A stretch of 64,000 bases of DNA, from positions 3,160 to 67,159 of the forward strand of contig JBIIZQ010000008.1 of NCBI GenBank assembly GCA_044346175.1, read 5' to 3'. The position numbers and the translations under genes are program-made. Below, one piece after another: positions 9,651-19,708 of the stretch (position 1 is its first letter; every line of letters starts with the position of its first letter). This DNA is from Vampirovibrionales bacterium. Lineage in GTDB: Bacteria > Cyanobacteriota > Vampirovibrionia > Vampirovibrionales > JAJTHC01. The notes below the pieces were generated by a model. That model had not been told where the DNA came from, searched no databases, and was given only the letters and a program-made list of their open reading frames with translations.

Positions 9651-10397
9651 ATGACATCATGGCTACAGGCAATTGATACAAAATATAACTTTGCAACCAA
9701 AACCACTTTAGCACTTGGTATTCTCAGTATCACTTGGCTTTTTTCTGGTTTGGGTAGTATCTCTTCTCTCCAAAGGGTGCATGCTGAAACCTATCGCTGG
9801 CAAGCAAAGTACACCCAAGCGATGCCTCCTTCACAAGGTGTGGTTCTGAGTGCCGAGTGTCCTCGTGGGTGTCATGTGCCTTATACGCCCCAGTATCAGG
9901 CACCCCAATACACGGCACCCATGTATCAGGATGTGTCTGCCGATGCCTACTACATGACACCTGCTCCGATGCCCTGTGGTACAACGGTACCTACTTACGG
10001 CGTTATGGCACCTTGTGCCACCCCTCAAACGTATGTCCATACTGAGGTATTACCAGCTTCTCCTCGCCCTAACGTGATTATTCGTGAATATGAACGCCCT
10101 GTTGAGGTCGTTAAAGTTGTGGAAGTTCCTAAAACGGTTGTGAAAACCGTTGTAAAGAAGGTTTATGTGACACGGTATGTGTCAGCCCCTCGTAAAAAAG
10201 TGGCGTATCGTAAACCCATGAAGCGACGTTATGTGTCCGCCGCCCGCCCCCATGCCGTGGTAGCTCGTAAGCCTATGCCTCACGCAGTTGTACCCGCTCC
10301 TGTGGCACCTCCTGTTCTTACAGCACCTACGTGCCAATCTCCAAGGGTTGAGGCTCCTATGTGCGTTGAGTGTATGCCAGTGCATTGTTACCATTAA
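9651..10397 (+). CDS. Exported Pro/Val/Tyr/Cys-rich hypothetical protein
   Basis: Signal-like hydrophobic stretch ending VHA-E; low-complexity P/Y/V repeats; several Cys clusters. Confidence 0.65.
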   Translation: MTSWLQAIDTKYNFATKTTLALGILSITWLFSGLGSISSLQRVHAETYRWQAKYTQAMPPSQGVVLSAECPRGCHVPYTPQYQAPQYTAPMYQDVSADAYYMTPAPMPCGTTVPTYGVMAPCATPQTYVHTEVLPASPRPNVIIREYERPVEVVKVVEVPKTVVKTVVKKVYVTRYVSAPRKKVAYRKPMKRRYVSAARPHAVVARKPMPHAVVPAPVAPPVLTAPTCQSPRVEAPMCVECMPVHCYH

Positions 10398-10726
10398 GGA
10401 CATGTAACTGATATACCTCGCTTTGAGTTTACGCCATGAGTAAAGCCTCATAGCCCTAATACAGGACAATCGCATGAAAAACTGCTTCCCTCTTTCTTAT
10501 CTCTCCCCACGGTGAGAGAAGATGACATATCGCATGATTGCCCTGAACCCCAATACCTTATTAAGGTGTTGGGGCTATTTGTATGGTATATAATAGTAAA
10601 AAGTTTAGTGGGATACCATTCACCTGTATTGACAACCCACCTGTATTGACAGCATTCACATAGCATTCACACGTATAGACTCGCCTGACGATAGACCAAA
10701 ATTTCATTTGGAATGGATATTGCATC

Positions 10727-11581
10727 ATGGTTTCATTGCATTCTACTTTGACTTCCTCGGCAGCAACGGCATCGCAGCCGTTGCTTTTGTTAAGTGCGAC
10801 AGGATTATGCAAGGTTCATAGTCATGCACAGTCTCAGGAGGGTGGGGCTATGGCGCCTCGTCCTGTTTGGCAAGACATCGAGCTTTCTTTATACAAAGGC
10901 GAGCGCATGGTGTTGATGGGACGAAGTGGTTCAGGGAAAAGTACGCTTCTTAATTGCCTTTATGGTTTGGAACCTCCTACACAGGGGCATGTCTATTTTT
11001 ATCCTCCTGTGCCAGTAGCGTCTCAGGATATTTCGACGTGTTATGACCTCTATGCACTTTCCGAGTGGCAACAGTGCTTGTTACGTCAACGTCATTATGG
11101 CTATATTTTTCAGATGTTCCATTTATTGCCTACCATGACGGTACTGGAAAATGTCTTACTGCCGCTTGAGCTTCTTGCAGATACACACGACCACGAAGCC
11201 TCTATTTGGAAACGCCCTGCCCAAAGGATAGAAGCAGCACGTGCCATGTTGGATGCTGTAGGACTTTCGCACCGTATTCACCACATGGCCACAAACCTTT
11301 CAGGGGGTGAAATGCAACGGGTTGCCATCGCTAGGGCGTTGGTTCATGAACCCGCCTTGGTTTTTGCCGATGAACCTACAGGCAATTTAGACGCTCAAGC
11401 CGCTGAAGATGTGCTTGCTTTGCTTCTTACATTAAGTCAAAACACAGGTACGACCCTTTTGATGGTTACACACAGTGAAGAAGTCGCTTCCGTCATGGCG
11501 ACGCGACGCTTTAGGCTTGTCCCTGACGCACACTCTGGTATCTGTCAATTTGTCGCAGATGAGGCAACCTGCCATGCTTAA
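10727..11581 (+). CDS. ABC transporter ATP-binding protein (LolD/MacB-NBD/AttE-like)
   Basis: Walker A GRSGSGKS, IFQMFHLLP, LSGGEMQRVAIARAL, ADEPTGNLD, VTH. Confidence 0.95.
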   Translation: MVSLHSTLTSSAATASQPLLLLSATGLCKVHSHAQSQEGGAMAPRPVWQDIELSLYKGERMVLMGRSGSGKSTLLNCLYGLEPPTQGHVYFYPPVPVASQDISTCYDLYALSEWQQCLLRQRHYGYIFQMFHLLPTMTVLENVLLPLELLADTHDHEASIWKRPAQRIEAARAMLDAVGLSHRIHHMATNLSGGEMQRVAIARALVHEPALVFADEPTGNLDAQAAEDVLALLLTLSQNTGTTLLMVTHSEEVASVMATRRFRLVPDAHSGICQFVADEATCHA

Positions 11582-14405
11582 GGGGTATCGTGATACAATG
11601 ACATGGCATACCACGAGGGTACTTTTACAGCAGTGGATTATGAGAGACTGGTGTCGTAATAAAATCCGTACAGCTCTGAGTATTTTAGGAATTGCCCTTG
11701 GCGTTGCCATTGCATTTGCCATGACGATTGCGAATCAGTCGGCGATTGAGCAATTTAGTGACCAAGTCAATGCCCTGAGTGGCGGTGCGGATGTCACGCT
11801 CCGTACGCAACATCAACCCATGTGGGATATTCGTCCTATGCTCTCGTCCCTAAATACATTGTGGGAAAAGGGCTATACTTGGAAGGCACTTACAGAGGTT
11901 GAGGTTCGGTTATGGGACGTGTCTGATACTTCAAATAAATCTGTAAAAACGCCCCAAATGCTTACTTGGCTGGGTGTTGACATGCTCAGTGGTAGTACGC
12001 AAGATGGTATCGCTTCTGATGGGTCTTCTTCTCAAAACAGTCAACAGGGGCTTTGGCAACGCCTCCAATACTATCGTTTACACCCCGAGGCGGGGTTTGA
12101 AAGTCCTCCCCTTGCTCATCCTAAAGATATGCAGCTATCCCTGTTTACACCAGGTACGGTGTGGGTGAGTGATACCCTTGCACATCAGTACGGTTGGCAA
12201 CGAGGGAGTACCTTTTATGTGATTCACGAGAGTCGTCAACGTCCGTTACGAGTTGGAGCCATTTACCGCCAAGAGGCTCTTGGCGGTGCCACACTGGGAC
12301 ATCATTACATCATTGGGGATATTGGTGCAAACGCCCAATATCGTCAACCTTGGACAGACAATACTTCCCCTCAAGCGTATCTTGAAGCCCTCTCAAGTGT
12401 GTCTAAAGTTTTGATTTGGTCGCCTCAAGTAGAGACAAAAAAGGCTTATTCACCGCAAGAGGTGTGTACTATGCTTGATGCACATTTGCCTCAGGGCGTG
12501 CTATGTGAGTCGCCTCAAGTTCAAACGCAGCAAACCAATGCCATGCTGGCTTCCTACCGAGGTAATCTGAAAGCGCTTTCGCTTATTTCTCTTCTAGTGA
12601 GTATGCTCTTGATTTATAACACCTATGCGGTGGGGATGTTGCGTCGTCGTGACATGTTGGGAATGCTCAAGGGGATGAATGTGCCTTGGCATGCGCTTAC
12701 GACGGTACTGGTGATTGAGTCGTTAAGTATTGGACTCATTGGGAGTCTCATCGGGGTTGGGCTAGGGAGGTTACTGGCTCAAGTGAGTCTTCAAGGTGTG
12801 AGTCAAACCATGCAGTTACTTTATACGGGGCAGGCCGTCACACAGCTTCATGTAAGTTGGCTTGATATGATTGGGTTTGTTGCGTTAGGGATGGGTGCTA
12901 CGTTATTTGCAACACTCCTCCCTATCCAAGAAGCCAAGCAAGTGCCAGCTGCTCAAATGGTTCGTACAGAAAGCTTGGAACCTAAACTTAAACGCTATGC
13001 ACGTCCCCTAGCCGTGAGTGGCTCGATACTTGGTTTACTGGCTTACGGACTGTGTTTACTCCCGCCATGGTTATGGGAAGGTGTGCCTGTATGGGGCTTT
13101 TTAGCCGCAAAGAGTATTAACTTTTGCGGTATTTTATGGCTCCCTTGGGTTTTAGTGACGGTATTGCCATGGCTCCAATCACTGGGGAGTAAGGGCTTGG
13201 GGGCGTTAGGGTCGATAAATCCTTTACGCAACCGTATACCTCTTACCCCTTGGCGGGTGGCTATTGCGTTACTCACAGGACATTTGTCTCGAAGTTGGAT
13301 GGCAACCAGTAGTTTGCTTGTGACGGTAGGTTTACTTGTAAGCCTAAGTATTATGATTTTTAGTTTTCAACAGAGTGTACAAGCATGGATTCAGCAAAGT
13401 TTACGTGCGGATATTTGGATTCAAGCTACCACACGGGAAGTGAGTAAACAAGATGAAGGACTCATTCCTGATGCGATACTTTCAAGTTTCCGCCATCTTT
13501 CGGGTGTTGAGGCGTTAGACGACTTTTATGACACTGCCATTACGATTCAAGGTCGTACGGCACGCCTAGGTGCAGGTCGTAGTGAACTGATTCAAAAATA
13601 TGGTCATCTCAAGATGCTTGAAGGTAAAACACATGTTGAGGTACTTGAAACGCTCAAAACCGAACCCAATACAGCCCTTGTCTCGGAAGCTTTTGCCCAT
13701 AAGTTTAAGGTACGCACTGGTACGCTTCTTCCTTTACCTACGCCCTCGGGGAGTATCCCCCTTAAAGTGATTGGTGTGTATGCGGACTATGCAAGTGACC
13801 TCGGTTATATCATTGTGGATAAAAAAACCTACATCAAGGCTTTCCGCCGTAACCCTACGAATAGTGTCGCTCTTTATGTCAACCCCCAACAAGATACGCA
13901 AGCACTGAAACAAAAGCTTTTAAAGGTGCTTCCTAAAGAGGCTTCCTTAATTGTGCAAACGAACCGAGAACTCAAAGCAGAAATTCTACGTATTTTTAAT
14001 CGTACCTTTGCCATTACCTATGCCTTGCAGGGCATTACTTTAGGGATTACGCTACTCACCCTTGTGGGTGCTTTATTGATGATGACCCTTCTTTCACAGC
14101 CTACCTTTAGAACCCTGACCATTTTGGGGATGTCCAAGCAAAGCCTCAAGCAGGTACTGGTCTACCAGAGTCTTTTGTTAGGTGGGTTTGGGATGACATC
14201 GGGGGCTTGTGTGGGGGGTATCCTTGCTATTATTTTGGTAGAGGTTATCAATAAACAAGCCTTTGGCTGGAGTATTGGCTATGCAATACCATGGCAGGTC
14301 TTTTTGCAGTGGGCAGGGTATGGGGTACTGACATTATTGGGGGCGGCATGGTTGACGTATGCGTTGAGTTTTGCAAAGCCTTCTTTTTTGAAAGATGTAC
14401 AGTGA
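11574..14405 (+). CDS. ABC transporter permease with duplicated MacB-PCD/FtsX domains (AttFG-like)
   Basis: RTALSILGIALGVA start motif; two periplasmic plus FtsX repeats; VINKQAFGWSI near the C-terminus; ATG at 11574 overlaps the ATPase stop. Confidence 0.9.
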   Translation: MLKGYRDTMTWHTTRVLLQQWIMRDWCRNKIRTALSILGIALGVAIAFAMTIANQSAIEQFSDQVNALSGGADVTLRTQHQPMWDIRPMLSSLNTLWEKGYTWKALTEVEVRLWDVSDTSNKSVKTPQMLTWLGVDMLSGSTQDGIASDGSSSQNSQQGLWQRLQYYRLHPEAGFESPPLAHPKDMQLSLFTPGTVWVSDTLAHQYGWQRGSTFYVIHESRQRPLRVGAIYRQEALGGATLGHHYIIGDIGANAQYRQPWTDNTSPQAYLEALSSVSKVLIWSPQVETKKAYSPQEVCTMLDAHLPQGVLCESPQVQTQQTNAMLASYRGNLKALSLISLLVSMLLIYNTYAVGMLRRRDMLGMLKGMNVPWHALTTVLVIESLSIGLIGSLIGVGLGRLLAQVSLQGVSQTMQLLYTGQAVTQLHVSWLDMIGFVALGMGATLFATLLPIQEAKQVPAAQMVRTESLEPKLKRYARPLAVSGSILGLLAYGLCLLPPWLWEGVPVWGFLAAKSINFCGILWLPWVLVTVLPWLQSLGSKGLGALGSINPLRNRIPLTPWRVAIALLTGHLSRSWMATSSLLVTVGLLVSLSIMIFSFQQSVQAWIQQSLRADIWIQATTREVSKQDEGLIPDAILSSFRHLSGVEALDDFYDTAITIQGRTARLGAGRSELIQKYGHLKMLEGKTHVEVLETLKTEPNTALVSEAFAHKFKVRTGTLLPLPTPSGSIPLKVIGVYADYASDLGYIIVDKKTYIKAFRRNPTNSVALYVNPQQDTQALKQKLLKVLPKEASLIVQTNRELKAEILRIFNRTFAITYALQGITLGITLLTLVGALLMMTLLSQPTFRTLTILGMSKQSLKQVLVYQSLLLGGFGMTSGACVGGILAIILVEVINKQAFGWSIGYAIPWQVFLQWAGYGVLTLLGAAWLTYALSFAKPSFLKDVQ

Positions 14406-14753
14406 CAAAGCAGGTTGTGATTCGATACGCCTGGACGACCAGATGAAGCCCAGTTTCAACTTTTTAATTTTTTCAACTTTTTAACTTTGGGGATTGTATG
14501 TTTCAGAGTGTTTTAAATGCGTTTGGTGTATATTTACCTGTGCATGTCCTCTCATGGATACCCCATGAGCGTTAGGAGACAAGAGGACAAAATTTCTTTT
14601 TAAGATACAATAGAAGGATACTCACCAATCATACAATAGATAGTACATAGGTTTAAAACAGTGTGCTTTATTGAGGGTCTTTCATTCAGGGTTTTTACAT
14701 CACCACAACTTTACCAATACTCATTACTTACTTTCACGTAGGGGCTTCATGTT

Positions 14754-15446
14754 ATGTTCAGTGCCAATGCCATTACACCTCATACCCACCCAGCACTACC
14801 AAGCGAATATATTCATCGTTCCTTGGAGGTTCTTAAGCAACGTCAGTTGCGGATTACACGCCCCAGAAAACTGATTTTGCGTGTGTTGGATGAAGCCGAA
14901 GTGCCTTTGTCGGTGTATGAAATTCATGAATACCTCACCACACAGCTGAAAGAAAAAATGGATGTGGTGAGTGTGTATCGTGTCATTGATTGTTTGTTGG
15001 AGCATCACTTGGTGCATAACTTGATGAGTGCCAATAAGTACCGTAAATGTCTTATTGCACACTCGCACCATCCTGATATGAGTCATCATAATCATCAGTA
15101 TGACCACGGACACGCCCATACTCATGCCCATGACCACACACACCCTTCGCTTCATAAACAGCAAGGTGCTGAAGGACTCTCTGAAGACCTTTCATGCCAT
15201 TGCCATAATCCTCATTACCTCTTGTATTGTAAATCATGCCAAAAAATGGATGAAATACAACTTCCTGAGTTGCAGCCTTTCCTCAAAAACTTGGAAAAAC
15301 AAAAGCATTTCACTATCCAAGAACCCAAGCTTGAACTTATTGGTTTGTGCGATACTTGTAAAGCAGAAGAGGCACATCGTGCAATGACTTCGGATGTACA
15401 GGAGGCTGCACCATCGCTGACTGTGAATCTGGTACGAACCAAATAA
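14754..15446 (+). CDS. Fur-family metalloregulator (Zur-like) with long His-rich insertion
   Basis: LRITRPRKLIL.VL, SVYRVID.L wHTH; CKSC and CDTC Zn motifs; His-rich loop between the domains. Confidence 0.88.
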   Translation: MFSANAITPHTHPALPSEYIHRSLEVLKQRQLRITRPRKLILRVLDEAEVPLSVYEIHEYLTTQLKEKMDVVSVYRVIDCLLEHHLVHNLMSANKYRKCLIAHSHHPDMSHHNHQYDHGHAHTHAHDHTHPSLHKQQGAEGLSEDLSCHCHNPHYLLYCKSCQKMDEIQLPELQPFLKNLEKQKHFTIQEPKLELIGLCDTCKAEEAHRAMTSDVQEAAPSLTVNLVRTK

Positions 15447-15581
15447 CGCTTTCCTTAAGAAGGTCTTTAGCCCAAAAAAAAGCCTTGATGAAGTGATATG
15501 TCACTTCGTCAAGGCACCTGTGTGTATGGAGAGGAGAAAAACACAATGAACAATAACCCTACTAAGGGGCTGTTTTGCAAC

Positions 15582-15611
15582 AAAGTTAGATGAGAGAAAG
15601 TTAGATGAGAG
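15582..15611. repeat. 15-bp tandem duplication (AAAGTTAGATGAGAG x2)
   Basis: Direct inspection; intergenic between convergent genes. Confidence 0.85.
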
Positions 15612-15704
15612 GGTGTATGCTGGTATCCTTGTAAAAGGAAAGTTCAGCAGGTTCTAACACTCTGAAAAGGGAGAGGAAACCATAAGGATGCAGTTTTTAT
15701 TTTT

Positions 15705-16715
15705 TTACGAAGTGGCTTGTCCCCATTGGCGTTGTGCAACCCCTGAACCCGTTGCAGTGCCTGTTGCCTGCTTGAGGGTGTTGGGAAAACGACTCGCCCA
15801 CTCTTTTAACCCGTGAGTGGTTTGTTGAAACTGTTGGGTAAGCTTTTGGAAACCTTGACTGCGTTGATTCCAAGCGGTCGCCATATCTCGTTGTACAAGA
15901 CCAGAAGCCTGTTTGTACACTTCAGGGTTTAGCGTCGCTTGTTTTAGGTCTGTCACGGAGGCGTTCATCCACTGTTTAGGGTTTTTAAGCATGCTGTAAG
16001 TATTTTCAACTTGCAGTGCCTTTTGTCCTTGAAGCCCTTTGCTCATACTGTTAAGCCCTTTTAGGGTTGCAGTCCCTGCGGGTAAAAGCATTAACCCATC
16101 GGTGAATGAAGAACCCAGCCCTTCCAAGGCTTGAGAACGACCCCAAGCATCTTTAGCACCAAGATATTTCATACCATTGTTCGCTGCCCCAAGGGCTGTA
16201 GCTCCAGCTGCTCCAGCTAGTAGAAAGGGAGCTAACCCCGTGACAAGCCCAGCAGGTAATACAGAAAACAGTAAAGCACCCCCCGCTAAAGTAGCGAGTC
16301 CACCAGGGGTTAGAAGATTATCAATGGGCTTTTTCATCCCTCTAAAAAAGGAGTTTAATCCATTGGTATGGGATTCTTCCATTTTTTGAAGTTTGGGTTC
16401 TTTGGCGTTTAGCTCCGCTTGCAACATACCATTTTGGGTGGCAAGCATCGCATTTTGGTAAGCGATATCTTCATGAGCGGAAGCAAGTCCAGTGGGACCA
16501 TTCAGCTCAGCCATATCAAAGGCACGTATCCCGAGTGCTTGCAAGTCGTTCATCGGATTTTGCGAGCCACCCATAGCAAATACACCTGTGTTCATGGTGG
16601 GAGAGCCGATTTGAAGCATACTATGAGGTATGCCACCAGTCGTTCCGAGGTTGGTTGGCATGGTTTGTAAGCTCATACCCATCGGTAAAGCTCCGAAGTC
16701 TGTGGTCATCATCAT
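15705..16715 (-). CDS. Hypothetical protein with Gly/Ala-rich hydrophobic hairpin
   Basis: 336 aa; M/G-rich N-terminus; short coiled coil; GGLATLAGGALL...LLAGAAGATALGAA glycine-zipper-like segment. Confidence 0.75.
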   Translation of the reverse strand: MMMTTDFGALPMGMSLQTMPTNLGTTGGIPHSMLQIGSPTMNTGVFAMGGSQNPMNDLQALGIRAFDMAELNGPTGLASAHEDIAYQNAMLATQNGMLQAELNAKEPKLQKMEESHTNGLNSFFRGMKKPIDNLLTPGGLATLAGGALLFSVLPAGLVTGLAPFLLAGAAGATALGAANNGMKYLGAKDAWGRSQALEGLGSSFTDGLMLLPAGTATLKGLNSMSKGLQGQKALQVENTYSMLKNPKQWMNASVTDLKQATLNPEVYKQASGLVQRDMATAWNQRSQGFQKLTQQFQQTTHGLKEWASRFPNTLKQATGTATGSGVAQRQWGQATS

Positions 16716-17113
16716 ACGCTGTGTGTACTCCTGAAACGATTGTAAGCAACGCCCTGTGATATTCGTTTAACCTCAATGGAAAGCCTGAATAGGCTATTTT
16801 TATTACCGTCGTCACTGTTCTTGCTTACTTTGACGTAATCTTGAGCCAGCGAGCGCGTATTTTCCACTCAGTGGGTGTAAGTTGAACCTTTAAAAAAAAG
16901 ACTCATACTGACTACCTTTTACTGTTTGCTGTTTTTTTGTATGTTACCCTAGCTGTTTATATTAAGGCAGAGGCTCGTAAGTTTTGTGCTACCCCTTTAA
17001 ATGGATGATGTTTCTTGGTTCGTCCTAAAGTATCTGACTCCTTCAAAGTACACTGAATAAGGCGTATTTAAGATAAGTTTTCAGTCAATTTGGATAAGGC
17101 TTGCATAAGGCAT

Positions 17114-17878
17114 ATGGTAACCTCTATGACGACAATCGTGACGCTTCGAGATATGGCACAACACTGTCTAGGATTGCGTGCGGCACTGGAGGCTGTATGT
17201 GAATGTTTGGCTGAGCATCATCAGGCACTTACGCATGAAAAGCTTTCAGAACTTGAGGTGCTAGGCAAAGCACTCACGCAACACTATCGAACCCTACAAA
17301 CCGTTTGGTTAAAACCGCTTAAACATGTGCTAAAGATGAGTGCTACAGAGGTGGTTGCTCTCTCTCCAGAAGCTACTTCTACAGGGTTACAGACAGAAGT
17401 GCAAAACTCGTCGGATGTATCGCAAGCACTCAGTGCTTGGATTCATTATCGTGGTGCCGTGGAGCAAGACCCTGACTTTGCCCAACACTTACTTCAGGAT
17501 GAACTGCCACGCTTGCAAGCTCTATTGCGTCGTGTGAAGCATTACACTGAAATACAGCACGACTTAGCGGAGGTCTCCTTACGTTGGACGCAACAAGCTT
17601 TGAATAGTTTGACCAGGGAAGCGACTTCTCCTTATCAAAATGATGGTGGTTATGCGTATACTCAATTTACGGTAGCCTCTAAAAAACCTAGAAATACACC
17701 TGTGCCTGAAATGACTCAAACCCCTGTGGTGACAGAGCATGCAGACCCCTTAAATCCTTCTGAAACCCTTTACACTGGACGTGCGATGCCAGCCATGTTT
17801 TATGGGGCTACAGAAGCTTCCTTACGTGACGCTCAGGCAGAGGGTTATCCTGCTCGGCGTGTCGATACGAGTTCCTAG
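17114..17878 (+). CDS. FlgN-like flagellar export chaperone (divergent)
   Basis: All-helical with L.E.HQAL....L..LE.L pattern and a later Y...G-like tail; immediately upstream of flgK-flgL, the usual flgN position. Confidence 0.55.
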   Translation: MVTSMTTIVTLRDMAQHCLGLRAALEAVCECLAEHHQALTHEKLSELEVLGKALTQHYRTLQTVWLKPLKHVLKMSATEVVALSPEATSTGLQTEVQNSSDVSQALSAWIHYRGAVEQDPDFAQHLLQDELPRLQALLRRVKHYTEIQHDLAEVSLRWTQQALNSLTREATSPYQNDGGYAYTQFTVASKKPRNTPVPEMTQTPVVTEHADPLNPSETLYTGRAMPAMFYGATEASLRDAQAEGYPARRVDTSS

Positions 17879-17886
17879 CGTTTCGT

Positions 17887-17913
17887 TTAAGTTTTTTAGG
17901 GATGTGTCGATAC
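17887..17913 (+). promoter_or_regulatory. Putative sigma-28 (FliA) promoter for flgKL
   Basis: TTAAGTTT-N11-GTCGATAC versus consensus TAAAGTTT-N11-GCCGATAA, about 155 bp upstream of flgK. Confidence 0.6.
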
Positions 17914-18068
17914 CTTATGACAAGGTGTGAGGCTGAAAAGGGAGAGACCCTGATGTGTACTTTGTGGTGTATCAAGCTCTTTTGAGGGGTTTAATGCAAG
18001 GAAGAAATCGCAACACCTTTTGTGAAATTACGGTTGATTGCCCTCAGGTATGAGAAAGCAAGGATGTC

Positions 18069-19583
18069 ATGATGACAGCGGGCCCCACATTTCTAGGCTT
18101 TTTTAATATGCAGCGTGCCATGAGTACGGCACAAGTTGCCTTGAATACGCTTTCAAATAACGTGGCAAATATGAATACAGAGGGTTATTCTCGGCAGCGT
18201 GTGAATATTGTCACGGAAGCACCCTTGACGATGAATATCACCAATATTAGTCAGATGGGACAGGGGTCGGTGGTGGAGTCTATCCAACGGATTCGAGAAG
18301 CATCTCTTGACGATGATTACCGCACAGGTAACAGTACTTTTGGCAAGGAAAGCCAAATTGCGGATGCCCTTAAAACCTTGGAAGGGTATCTGAAAGAGCC
18401 TTCTGAAAATGGTATCAACGCCAGTATGCAACAGCTTTTTGATGCCATCCATGAAGTGGGTTTAAACCCCGACAGTTTGCCTGCTCGTTCGGCATTTATC
18501 TCTCAGGCAACAGACACCATGAAGCTTTTTCAAGAGAAAATCAGTTATATTCAGAATCAACGAAGAAGTCTCATTGGCGACCCGAGCGTACCCAATAGTG
18601 TCTCTAGTAGCCAACTCAACACCACAACCAAACAGGCTAACAGTATTATTACGTCCTTAGTGGATATTGGCGTTCAGATTCAAAGTGTTGTAGATTCTGG
18701 AGGTCAACCGAATGACCTGCTTGATAGACGAGACCTTTTACTTAAAAATCTCTCAGAGCTTGTGGATATTCAAGTGGACTTTACAACCGAGTCTCAGTAC
18801 GACCTCACCATTGGTGGGCTAACCTTCATTTCTGCGGGTGTGAAGCAAAATTACAGTCTTCAAACCGTTGCAAACCCTGGTCCTACCCCTACGCCCGATG
18901 ACCGACCCGCACTACTCCAAGCGGTGAATCTTGCGACTAACGCCGCAACAACCCTGAATGACACCATTACAAGTGGTCGTCTTAAAGGGTATTTAGAGGT
19001 CGGAGAAGTTTCAACGTCAGGCAATGTGACGCTTCCAAACGTTATTACGAGGTTGGATACCCTTTTTTCAACCTTGGCCACGCAACTGAATAACCTACAA
19101 ACCACAGGGCGTGACTTAAACGGTACACTTGCCACGGCAACGCCTCTTTTTAACCTGACCGCTGGTACGGGGCCTGCCACACTACGTTATGACATCAATA
19201 CCAATCTTGTAAGTAACCCTAGACTCTTTGCCGCCGCCGATGGTACAGGTGCTTTTGCGGGGACGGGGGATGCTAGAAACGTCAAGCGTATGACTGATTT
19301 ATGGAATACGCCACAAGCGGGGCTTGGTAATAATCGGATGGATGGCTACTATAACAGTGTCGTGGCAAGTATCGGGGTGGATACCAAGGCACATAAAGAC
19401 CGTGCTGAAAATACAGAGCAGGCACTTGCTGCACTTGAGAATCGTCGTCAAGAAATATCGGGTGTAAACCTTGACGAAGAGGGTGCGGATATGTTGCGGT
19501 ATCAGCGTGCCTTTGAGGCCGCCTCGAGGGTACTCACAACCTATGACAAGATGTATGAGACTATCATCAATATGATACGTTAA
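18069..19583 (+). CDS. flgK: Flagellar hook-associated protein 1
   Basis: NNVANMNTEGYSRQRV, NDLLDRRD, and C-terminal ISGVNLDEE..DMLRYQRAFEAASRV. Confidence 0.96.
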   Translation: MMTAGPTFLGFFNMQRAMSTAQVALNTLSNNVANMNTEGYSRQRVNIVTEAPLTMNITNISQMGQGSVVESIQRIREASLDDDYRTGNSTFGKESQIADALKTLEGYLKEPSENGINASMQQLFDAIHEVGLNPDSLPARSAFISQATDTMKLFQEKISYIQNQRRSLIGDPSVPNSVSSSQLNTTTKQANSIITSLVDIGVQIQSVVDSGGQPNDLLDRRDLLLKNLSELVDIQVDFTTESQYDLTIGGLTFISAGVKQNYSLQTVANPGPTPTPDDRPALLQAVNLATNAATTLNDTITSGRLKGYLEVGEVSTSGNVTLPNVITRLDTLFSTLATQLNNLQTTGRDLNGTLATATPLFNLTAGTGPATLRYDINTNLVSNPRLFAAADGTGAFAGTGDARNVKRMTDLWNTPQAGLGNNRMDGYYNSVVASIGVDTKAHKDRAENTEQALAALENRRQEISGVNLDEEGADMLRYQRAFEAASRVLTTYDKMYETIINMIR

Positions 19584-19592
19584 AAGGCTTAT

Positions 19593-19628
19593 TAGAAAGT
19601 TTGCTAGAAAGTTTGCTAGAAAGTTTGT
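19593..19628. repeat. 12-bp tandem repeat x3 (TAGAAAGTTTGC/T)
   Basis: Direct inspection; between flgK and flgL. Confidence 0.85.
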
Positions 19629-19708
19629 ATGTATTTAGGCTATGAACGCTCCATGTTGGGTTGTTCATGCGCAAGGAAGATAGTTAAACAAGCTGAGGAG
19701 ATACGAGG

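Noticed and set aside
19593-19628. Possible CRISPR array, here or at 63527-63626
   Set aside because: Repeats are adjacent tandems or inverted pairs without unique spacers; no cas genes.
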